From Eledone cirrhosa (taxonomy: Eukaryota), in contig OZ024747.1 in assembly GCA_964016885.1 (NCBI GenBank), positions 41,478,001-41,542,000 of the forward strand: a stretch of DNA of 64,000 nt, written 5' to 3'. Position 1 is the stretch's first letter. The number at the start of each line of letters is the position of its first letter. Below are positions 14,501-26,500 of the stretch, piece after piece. The notes beneath the pieces are model-generated. The model searched no databases. It was not told where the DNA came from and worked only from the letters and a program-made list of their open reading frames with translations. The position numbers and the translations under genes were made by a program.

Positions 14501-17500
14501 CAGCACCTCTGTACATAGCTTGCACTGTCCTCACAAGCCATTCCTCTACACCTATTTTCCTTAAGGACCACTAGATGACAGATCGAGTTACCCTATCAAA
14601 GGCCCTCTCTAGGTAAACAAAAGCTTAGTATAGTGGCTTATTCTTCTTATCTCTCTTGTAGTTGTCTCACTAAGAAGAGGGCATCTGTTGTACTTTTCCC
14701 AGGCACAAAACCAAACTGCATCTCATCTAATTTGACCCTTTCTCTAATTAGTTACGCTTATATTCTTTCTGCCAATTTCCTAACCTGATCTCTATCAGTT
14801 TTATGTCCCTATAATTGCTCCTCTCCAGAGCATCCCCTTTACCTTTGTAGCAATTTATGAGAATACTGCTGCACAAGTCTTTGGGTATGACACGGCCATA
14901 TATAGCTTGATAGACGATTCGTGCAACCAGTTTAGTACCTATTTCTCCTGATGCCTTCAGCATCTCAGCAACTATCCCCGACGGTCCTCTCAGCCTCCAT
15001 GCGTGCTAAGTACACCTGACGTCTAGCTTCTCTCTTAGCAACTGTGTATCCTTCTCTACTCCCACAATTTTTCCAAGCCTTCCATGCTTGTCTTTTGTCT
15101 TTAATGGTCCTATCTACCGTGCTGTTCCACCACCAGGTCACTCTCTGTCTGGTCAGAGCTCTGCTCCAGTCACAAGTTTCCTCAGTAGCCTGCAGTAAGT
15201 TGTCACGTAAGAAATTCCAGTTATCATCTATGTCATACGGTTCTAAATCGTCTTCTTTCTTGTCATACACAACTTGAAGGGCTTTCCTAAATTTATATTT
15301 TAGTAAAAGGTCTTTTAGCTTCCAGACCTTCCTTTTCTACACCTTCCTGTACATCTCATTCTTTCTCTTACTTACTGAGGTATCACTAACGACTAACCTA
15401 TGCTGTGGGGTACATTCTTCCCCAGGGTAAAACAATATTTATGAACTTACCACTTGCCTGGCAGCTTCTTCTTCAGCTTCTTTTTTCTTCCTCTCTTCTG
15501 CAAGAGCTTCTTGCCGGATCTAAAAATAACAATCCATGTATTAAAAAAAGATTTAACTCTTCTGTCATCATATTTCAACAAATTAATGAAGAATTTCGAG
15601 ATATACTAAAATTATTAATTATTTCATTACTAAGACAGAAACTTAACATATGGTTTCATATTTAAAATGAAAATAAAACAACAAAAAAAGCACATATTGA
15701 AAGATGAACATTAGTATTTTTTTCCCTCCTCTTTTTGCTTCCATTTTCTCCATGTTGATATTAGGAGCGGGGTTACAAATTTGAGATATTTACATATTGA
15801 TTATTTTGGTCAGGTTAGGTTACTGCCTGCTACTGGGACCATATAACCCAGTACAACCTGCTTCATGGTCGGCAACTAAACCAGCTCACCTACCAGACCC
15901 TGGTCTGATGAGGAGGGTAAGTGGAACTCCAAGCAGCAAAAAAACCAAGAGCTGCAAAAAGGGCAAATGAACTTCTCAGAGTCAATGGCCATCCACCTCA
16001 ACTATGGGTTAAATAGCCTCACCAGCTCACAATTGGCCAAGCGTGATGAGTATGGTTACACCCTGACAAGGCAGTGTGCCAGTGTAAATCAGGATGTTGT
16101 TGGAGATAAGTATGTACGAAATGATGCTGGTGTACTTAGTGTCACTAATGATCAGAAAAAGGAGGCCTGGAAATGTCATTATGAGAGACTGATGAATGTG
16201 GAGAATGAATGGGAAAGAGAGAAATCAAATAGAAAGTGGAGGTTAACCAAGGAAGGGTTCCTCCAACATGAGTGAGAAGGCCCTGGATTAGATTGCTAGC
16301 ATGGAAAATGGACGTTAAACGAGGATGATGATGATGATTACAACTAGATGATACCTTAACAGTTACCTACTCAACCTTAAAGTAGGTGTTTAACCCAATG
16401 TTGTCTAAGTAGAATGAGTCAAACAGAGTAATATGTTTTAGCTAGGGTACAACACATTGAGCTATTCGTCTTGTTTAATATCAAGTCAGAAAGGTCACGT
16501 ATATAAACCTCACATGCACTGATAATTTGAAAAGTTTAAGATTTCTACCCTTTCTTCTTCTTCAGCTTTTGCTCGAGCTGCTTCTTGCCGGGCTCGCTTC
16601 TGAGCTAATTTCTTCTCTTTTTCTTCCTCTTTAAATTTATGCACTCTGGGATCACATGCATAGGCATTGTCTGAAATAAAATAAATAAACTTACTTCAAA
16701 TATGAAAATTGCAAATGACAGCAGAAAATGGACCTCATATATCATTGAATTCTATCTGGAGTGTTTGAGGACTCTGCCCTCATGACCTTCTCAAGAATAA
16801 GTGGGCGAAAAAGAAAGGTTGATATAATAAAGTACCAGTACAGTACTGGGGTCGATTTCAATCAACTTATCGCTAGCCTAAAATTAATGGTCTTGTGTCT
16901 AAATTAAAAGTTTATTATTATTTTATGTATTTTCATTTCTGATACAAATGCCACCTTTGGTCCCAAAGTTCAATGTTCCCCCTTCCTTACAAGGGGAGGA
17001 ATTCCATTGACCCCTAACCTAGACACTATACAATGATCTGACATCAGTATACATACCAACTAACTGACGTATTCTAGCCATTTCTTCTTTCTTTCTCTTC
17101 TGTCGGGCAGCTTTATTCTGTTTTTCAATCCATCTTCTCTCTTCACGACTAAAATGAAGAATTACATTTTCTTTATAACTGCTAAATTGTCATGTGTATA
17201 TCGGTTTTTAGAATAGGTACACCAAACACCATATCCTGCATGTCGTAAGAAACAACCAAACGTTTTGGCATCAGGAAGGGCAGTCTGCTGAAAAATATTA
17301 TCTCAAAATATAATGTAACCCATGCTAGTGTGGAAAAATAGACGTTAAACAGTGATGATGGTGATGATGATGAGCGTTTTAGAAAATATACAACATGAAA
17401 AGGGTATGAAAAATGTGAGAGCCAAGTGGGCCTGAAACTATACCACATTACAAAGTCTAATATAATTATAAAAGGGGGAATCAATCGACAAGATCCCAGG

Positions 17501-20500
17501 CCTCATTTGCTTACTGGGGCTTGTCAAATCAGACCAAGGAAACAATGGTTCCATTGAACTTTCTATTGTTGATTCTATCTACCAGTTGCAGCTCCTGGCA
17601 GAAAGAGCAACGTGAAGAAAGCATCTTGCTCAAGAACATAACACATCACCCAATGCAGCAATTGAGCTCGCATCCTCACAATTGCAAATCCAATTCTCTC
17701 ACCACTCGCCTTATAAAATTCTCAAAATGTTAATTTCGTATATCTAACGATATACGGTATGTTTAATAAATAAATATTTGGAAAGCCTTCTAACTTTGAA
17801 TATTGAAAGGCTGCACCATCTAGTGGGTTCTAGCAGAAGCAGCGGGGTACATTTCTGGCTCTGGCCATCATCAGGACAGTGCTTCCCCTGCTCTCTGCTG
17901 GAACTTGAAACAGGCGAAAATATATATAGTTTTCCGACAATGTAGATGGGCTGATTAGCCTCATTTGCATATGGAGTTGTGTAAGTCGGCTCAGCTTGAA
18001 AGTAGAATTAACATTTTAACTCCGACAGAGAGCAGGGAGAGCACTGCTAAAATTTTAATTCTCAAAATGTTGTCATTGAAATGGTCATAAAGTTTAAGGG
18101 AGATAACTACTATTAAAATAATTTATGCTTCTATGCTATTCCTCACGTGTGTTGATTATAATAAATGTGAAGAAACAGGTTTTGAAAAACTAAATAAACA
18201 TACTTTTCGCCTTTTTCTTTTTCTTCTTCATCTAAATAAGAATATTCACGCCATGATTCAAAGTCATACCTAAAAATAGAAAACAGAATGATAATATCAT
18301 TAAAAAATTATAGTTAAGCTGTTTCAGCATATTCTCATGTCAGCTTTAATAAAATGATTCTGTAAGCAAAAAATATTTTAATGATGCATAGCCTGGCTAT
18401 GGTTAACTCTGAATACTCTTTAAAGATTTAGCAGAAAATATTTAAAAACAAATTTGTTTATTCCAATTTTTATGTTATCTTTATTTTGTAAAAAGAATGT
18501 TAAAAAAAATGTAATTTTTAATATGATGCAGTCATAGTACTGCTATTTTGAACTTTCCAAGAATATGTTGCTAATGTGGTTTCATGTGGTACAAGACATT
18601 AAGAGATAACTACACTCAAAACAATACACAAACAAAAAGAGATTTAAGGCCATTTTCTCTGCAAAAAGCAGGAGTTACCATATATACTCGAATATAAGCT
18701 GATACAAATATAAGCCAACCCCACTATTTTATGTCTGAGAAATGGGCAAAATCAAAACATCAAATTTGTATTGGCTTTTCCTTTTGTCTTACAGCCTTTT
18801 AACTTATCAAACGCTCTCATAAAACAGTCAACACCAAACAGATTGATTTGTGAGTAACAGGGTATCCTCCACATCATTGGCACATAACTCATGATGGAAT
18901 AGTAAGGGTGCCATTGTCACCTATGGCCAGAGGCAGAACTAGGGTATGGCACCCATGGCACGTGCCATGGGTGCTACTTGAACTAAGAGTACTTCTATTA
19001 AAGTCAGATAAGCTCTCATTGGAGAGTGAAAAAAGAAACTTCTTCAGATGTCTGATCTGTTTTTGATTATCATGGGTGAAAAGCACTAAGGTGGCTGGAT
19101 CATTTACCCATTTATACAAATTTTAGGCCCATAGGAAAAAATACAATGCTGGACAAGAGCACAATTTTACTGCCTGCCATAGGCGCTATTTTCCCTAGTT
19201 ACACCTCTGCATATGGCATGTCTTGAAGGCTTTAAACTCAGCACAGCCGATCCCCTCACCAGGACTGAACACAGTCGATTTCCTCCCAAGAAAAACAGAG
19301 GGAGGGAGAGTGAGAAAGAGATATAGAGGAATCGCTATTACTCCCACTCTCTCTAACATATACGTCCCTCTCGATCTCTCACTCCCTAATATAAATAAGA
19401 ATGGTACGAGGGACAAAACCTCAGAATTTGTCAACTCTTATTAAATGGTCAGTCGATTCTACGAAAATGTAATGTATTATAGAACATTTTCTTCTTGTCT
19501 CCTTAAAACCTCGTTCATTCATCCATATATATCTACAATCGTTGCTATCCTTGCCCTAAATTAATCTTCTCCATGCTGGTTCTAAATAATCTCTCTCATT
19601 GCTAAAAATTTTCCAGGATTCATGAAAATAGATTCTCTCTCGCCCACCAAAACCGCTATTACTCCCACTCTCTCTAACATATACGTCCCTCTCGATCTCT
19701 CACTCCCTAATATAAATAAGAATGTTACGAGGGACAAAACCTCAGAATTTGTCAACTCTTATTAAATGGTCAGTCGATTCTACGAAAATGTAATGTATTA
19801 TAGAACATTTTCTTCTTGTCTCCTTAAAACCTCGTTCATTCATCCATATATATCTACAATCGTTGCTATCCTTGCCCTAAATTAATCTTCTCCATGCTGG
19901 TTCTAAATAATCTCTCTCATTGCTAAAAATTTTCCAGGATTCATGAAAATAGATTCTCTCTCGCCCACCAAAACCGCTATTACTCCCACTCTCTCTAACA
20001 TATACGTCCCTCTCGATCTCTCACTCCCTAATATAAATAAGAATGTTACGAGGGACAAAACCTCAGAATTTGTCAACTCTTATTAAATGGTCAGTCGATT
20101 CTACGAAAATGTAATGTATTATAGAACATTTTCTTCTTGTCTCCTTAAAACCTCGTTCATTCATCCATATATATCTACAATCGTTGCTATCCTTGCCCTA
20201 AATTAATCTTCTCCATGCTGGTTCTAAATAATCTCTCTCATTGCTAAAAATTTTCCAGGATTCATGAAAATAGATTCTCTCTCGCCCACCAAAACCGCTA
20301 TTACTCCCACTCTCTCTAACATATACGTCCCTCTCGATCTCTCACTCCCTAATATAAATAAGAATGTTACGAGGGACAAAACCTCAGAATTTGTCAACTC
20401 TTATTAAATGGTCAGTCGATTCTACGAAAATGTAATGTATTATAGAACATTTTCTTCTTGTCTCCTTAAAACCTCGTTCATTCATCCATATATATCTACA

Positions 20501-23500
20501 ATCGTTGCTATCCTTGCCCTAAATTAATCTTCTCCACGCTGGTTCTAAATAATCTCTCTCATTGCTAACTACCCCATATCCCTCCCTCCCGCCCCCACTC
20601 TCCACCTTTACTATTTGGACCAATCACAAGTCAACGGCCTATGCTATCACTACTGGCTGCTTTTCGATATGATGGATGGACTAAGGAATTTCTGGAGAGT
20701 CTGAAGAATCTGAACACTCAATGACAATGCCAAAGATAACCACAAATTCACCTCATGCTGCCGGACGAAAGGGCAAGCCCCCCCCCCCCTCTTTGTTTCG
20801 GCCGCGGATGGCCAACATAACCCCAAACTCATTCCCCTCACCCCTCCCTGCGCCCCATCCTCCAAACACAATCCAAAACTTCAGAGTTGGTACCATGAAC
20901 GTAGGCACCTTAAAAGGCCGCTCTAACGAGGTTGTAGAATTGCTTGAACGTAAGGAGGTTGATGTTTGCTGTATCCAAGAGACCAGGTGGAGGAGCGGGT
21001 CTGCTAGATTCATTGTGGGTAAAAAACGTTGCTATAAGCTTTTCTGGGTGGGGAATGACAATGGGATAGGTGGGGTAGGAATCATGTTAGCAGAAAAATG
21101 GGTGGATAAGATAATAGATGTAAATAGAGTGAATGACAGAATAATTAAAATAAGACTTGTTCTAAACAGAACTACTGTGACAGTAATATCTGCAGACGCG
21201 CCCCAATCCGGACTGCCAGGCGCTATAAAAGACAGATTCTATGAGACACTGATGCTCACTACCTCCCAAATAACCGACAGTGACTATATAATTATTGCTG
21301 GCGACCTAAATGGTCACGTTGGACAACATTGTGACGGCTATGACGGAATCCACGGAGGCTATGGGTTTGGTACTAGAAACGAGGAAGGCTCCAGAATCCT
21401 GGAATTCTGTGATGCAAACAACCTAACTATCTGTAACACTAACTTCAAAAAACGAGACAATCACTTGATCACCTACAGATCAGGAGAACATACCAGCCAG
21501 GTAGATTATATCCTTACCAGAAGATGTGACAGAGTGTCTGTTGTAAACACTAAATCCCTCCCCCATGAAGAATGCACCTCCCAACATAGACTGATAATTA
21601 GCGACCTCATAGTCAGGACGAGACGTACTAGACAGCAGAAGAGGACTATCCTCAGGAGAAAAATATGGAAGCTAAAGGATCCCACAGCCAGAAATAAATT
21701 TCAAAGCATATTACTTGATGCTTTCGACAGTAAGGAAGAGCAATTAGAGTCATACAAGATAGAGGAACAGTGGGAATTCCTGAAAGCAAACCTGCTGATG
21801 GCGGCAGACGAAGTCTGTGGCTGGAGCAGGCCTGTAGGCAGGACGAGAGTAACATGGTGGTGGAACAGTAAGGTGGAGGGGTCAATCAAGGCCAAAAAGC
21901 AGGCTTGGAAAGCATGGCGGGATGGGGGAAGTAGAGAAGACTATCAAGTGGCCAGGAGGGAAGCTAGGAGACAAGTGTACTTCGCAAGAAGGGAAGCAGA
22001 GGAAAGAAAGTTCAAGCATGTTCTACAACGCGAGGACCAAAAACGTGAGGTGTTCAGGATTGCTAGGCAATGTGTCAAGGAAAACCGTGATATTGTCGGG
22101 GAGAAGTGTGTACTTAACGATGATGGCGTACTTGCCATCACTGACGCTGATAAGAAGGTAGCTTGGAAGTGTCACTACGAAAGGCTACTAAATGAGGAGA
22201 ATAAATGGGAGAAAGACAGTCTCCCCCACATCGATCCAATAGAGGGACCAGCAGTGTTAGTCGAAGGTAGTATAATAAGTAAGGCAATCAAAGATATGAA
22301 AACGGGTAAGGCGGCTGGGCCTTCGGAAATAGTTGCTGAGATGCTGAAAGCCTCCGGGACGGTGGGACACACCATGGTCACCCGGATAGTAAACCAAGCC
22401 ATACAGAATGGGGTTGTTCCGAAAGACTGGCGTAGCAGCATCATCGTTAACTGTTACAAGGGTAAAGGAGACGCCCTAGATAGGAGTAACTATAGAGGCA
22501 TTAAATTAATCGACCAGGTCATGAAGGTCACGGAAAAAGTAATAGCGCAACTAATCAGAGAGAGAATTGATCTAGATGAAATGCAGTTCGGGTTTGTGTC
22601 AGGCAAAAGTACCACAGACGCTCTTTTCATTGTACGACAACTACAGGAGAAGTACCTAGCTAAAAGTAAACCCCTATACTTAGCTTTTGTCGACTTGGAG
22701 AAAGCCTTCGACAGAGTCCCCCGTTCCATTATCTGGTGGGCTCTTAGAAAACTAGGTGTTGACGAATGGCTTGTGAGAGCCATACAAGCCATGTATAAAG
22801 AAACAGTCAGCAAGGTTAGAATTAACAACGAATATAGTGAAGAGTTTAGCGTAAAAGTTGGTGTCTATCAGGGCTCTGTTCTTAGCCCCCTACTATTTAT
22901 TATTGCCCTTCAGGCTATAACAGAGGAGTTCAAGACCGGCTGCCCATGGGAACTCCTGTACGCAGATGATCTAACGCTCATAGCTGAATCAATGGCCGAG
23001 CTAGAGAAGAAATTCCAAACATGGAAGCACGGCCTAGAATCAAAAGGCCTTAAAATTAACCTGGCTAAGACTAAAGTTCTAGTTTGTAGGAAAGAAAATA
23101 AGGCGCTGGTCCCCTCCAGGAAATGGCCATGCTCAGTGTGTAGGAAAGGCGTAGGTAGAAATTCCATTTTATGTCCCAAATGCAAAGTATGGGTGCATAA
23201 AAGATGTAGTGGGATCACAGGTAAGCTAACTAAGAACACAGATTTTACATGTGGCCGGTGCTCTGGTGCAATAAGTAGCAGCAAGTGCCCACAAAATACT
23301 AGCTCTTTCAATTGCACAGAGGGTTCTATAGAAATAGTGGACAGCTTCCGTTACCTGGGTGACAAAATCAGCAGTGGGGGAGGGTGCTCTGAAAGTACAG
23401 TAGCTAGAGTCAGAACTGGATGAGAAAAGTTCAGAGAGCTTATACCACTATTAGACGCTAAAGGGTTCTCCCTAAAAATGAAAGGCAGGTTGTATGATGC

Positions 23501-26500
23501 CTGCATACGAACAGCAATGTTGCATGGCAGTGAGACCTGGGCATTGTGTGCAGAGGATATACGCAGACTAGAGAGGAACGAAGCTTGCATGCTCCGCTGG
23601 ATGTGTAATAGTAATATACGTGAACGGCAAAGCATAAACGAACTAAGGAAAAAATTAGAAATAAGAGGGATCAGATGTTGTTTACTCGAGAGAAGGCTAC
23701 GTTGGTATGGTCACGTGGTGTGCATGAAAGACGACAGCTGTATAACAAAGTGCAGGGCAATAAAGATAGATGGTAGCCACGGAGTAGGCAGACCCAGAAA
23801 AACCTGGGACGAGCTGATAAATTCCGACCTCACACACTTACACCTCTCCAAGACAATGTCACTGGACCGAGACCTTTGGCGGTACTCAGTAACAGAGAAG
23901 ACCCGCCTTACCTAAATACAAAGTAAAACCTACTACAGTCAGTAGGAGGCATCTCTAACAAAATACACCCCCGTCCCACCACCCCCACCCCATCCACACC
24001 ACCCCCTTAAATGCAAAATTATGTTGGTGCCACAAGATCCAGGCCGAAACAAATGAGATCGTGTAGGTGTCACGACATAAAACACACACTCCACGCTGTA
24101 ATGTGGCCGTGTAGGCAACACGGTAAAAACCTCCCAGTCCCACACTGTAGATGTGGTTGGTGTTAGGAAGGGCATCCAACTGTAGAAAACACGCCAGACA
24201 GTCCACGCTGTAATGTGGCCGTGTAGGCAACACGGTAAAAACCTCCCAGCCCCACACTGTAAATGTGGTTGGTGTTAGGAAGGGCATCCAGCTGTAGAAA
24301 ACCCGCCAGACAGTCCTATGCGAGCAAGACAACCACTCTTGCCTCAAGTGGGAAAACCCCCGTCCAAACCCATGCAAGCATGGAACAGGGACGTTAAACG
24401 ATGATGATGATGATGATGAATTGACCCCAGTACTGGACTAGTACTTTATTTTTTTACCTTGAAAGGATGAAAGGCAAAGTTGGCCTCAGCATAATTTGAA
24501 CTCAGAGAGCAGAAACAAATACCATCTTGCATTCAATTAGGTATCCTAATGACTACCAATTCACAGCCATCTCTAAGTTTTGCTTGATTTATCAAATAAT
24601 ACTCTTGTACCACAGAAAGTACCAATATACAAAATATTTTCTCCATTAAGTTATATAAAAATACGTAAGTCTGTAGAACAATCAAATACAGTGGTTCTCA
24701 AAAACCCAGGGCATGTTCTTCCACTTTTCATAGATTTCTTCAATTCCTCCATTTTAAATTATCATTTAGTAATATTTCCCTCATTATATTTTCACAGTGT
24801 TAATTAAGATAATATATTAAAGAAATTTACTTATTAATTTTTTTGTGAACTGTTAATTTGTGATTACCCTTATAGTTGGGTACATTGATACTTAATTTGA
24901 TATATATCCTTACCACTGCCTGCCTGGCCCAAGACACAAGCACCCTCGAAATGTGGTAGTACTAGTGCCATAATAAAATGCTGCTGTCATGATAAAATGA
25001 ACCCAACCGAATCTGTAAAGTGGTAGTACTGGTACCACTATAAAAAAAAATTCTCAGTCGACTCTATCAGGTGATAGTGGTAGAGCCACACCTGGTAAAC
25101 AGTGAAGTGGTTGGTATTAGGAAGGGCATCCAGCTATAGAAACCATGCCAGAATAGAATGTATGAGCAAGACAGTCTTCTGATATGTCTAGCCTCAGAGC
25201 GTGGCAACCCATCTAACCCATGCAAGCACAGAAAATAGATGTAAAACAGTGATGATGATGGTGATGATATACAATATAAACTATTTTTTCCCAGTCTGAA
25301 TTCCTCTCCTGATTAATATTTCTCCCCAAGTCCTCCACTGGTTAAAATTCCTTGCCTGGGAACTAAGTGCCTTCCATTTCAGGATCACTGCTATATCAAT
25401 GTTCACACAAAGAAAATACATAAAATAAACTTCCATTATACAGAAAAAAGATTTAAGAACTTACCAAAATGAATAAAATCGATCTACATCTTTGAAACTT
25501 GATGAACTATCTCCTAATTTGGGGACTGGTTTCTTTATGGACCACCTGTATAAAATAAAGTTAGTGTATGTATGAATATTTATCTGATACAATATATGTG
25601 ATATTTAAAGTCAATTGTTTGATTTTACGATGATCAGCTGAAACATTCAGTGGCTGACTATGAAGAATGATGCTAGAGCTGGGAAATCTTGCATGCATTA
25701 ATTTCAACTCTTCTTTATTAATAACTGCATTGTTTCTTTCCAGGGACTATGTTGAAAAATAAATCTCTTTTTGTCAACTATCCCTCTCAAGTGTGTAGAT
25801 GATGGTTAACCGAGTCAACCATTTTTCTAATCAAACTCTGAGGATGCCCAGAACTGTGATAGCTATGATGTTGTTATAGTTATTCTGAAGATATTACTTA
25901 AGTAGAAAAATGAGACCTACAGTATCTCCCTGAATTGGGCAGTTTAACAAATGCATGCATGGTCCCATAACTCCTGAGGGTGTCGTAGGGGTTTCTAGGG
26001 CATTTCTTAAACCTGATGGAGCCCATCTCTCCAAGTCTGAATACAGCAGATTTCTTCCATAGAGTGAAAGAATGTAAATGAGAAAGAGATATAGAGGAAG
26101 AATCGACCCCAGTACTGGACTAGTACTTTTTTATCAACCTTGAATGAAAGGCAAAGTTGACCTCGGCAGGATTTGAGAGCAGAAGGCCGAAATGAATACC
26201 ACAAAACATTCTATCCGACATTCTAATGATTTTGCCAATTTGCTGCCTCCAGTTTAAAAAATAGAGAATGATAAAATAAGTACCAGAATGAAATAAGTAC
26301 TGGGATTGATATGATCAACTAAAACCCTTGCATGTGGTACCCTAGTATGATTTCAGTCTAATGATGAAAAACAGTAAAAGAATAAAAGCATAAAAGCAAA
26401 AATAAAGGAAACAAACCTGGAATTCCTTTCAAAAACTGGCTCAAAAACTTCAAAAAACTTCTCTTTGGAAGTTGTTGAGATGGAAGGTATATCATTGTCA

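Larger units (their letters stand above)
19333..24418 (+). mobile_element. Near full-length RTE-clade LINE (subfamily B), antisense in DNAJC2 intron 6
   Basis: 5' tandem monomers, single APE-RT ORF, 3' UTR with (GAT)n tail; interrupts a SINE whose uninterrupted junction is seen at ~26085-26115. Confidence 0.93.

Noticed and set aside
15903-15940. CUGAUGA-GGAG..CUCC hammerhead candidate
   Set aside because: Stem II is followed by AAGC, not GAAA; no stems I or III
19333-20568. Possible CRISPR-like array
   Set aside because: Units are contiguous and near-identical with no spacers; eukaryotic context
23421-23423. Selenocysteine or readthrough TGA in the RTE ORF
   Set aside because: Sister copies have TGG (Trp); a simple nonsense mutation explains it and no SECIS was identified
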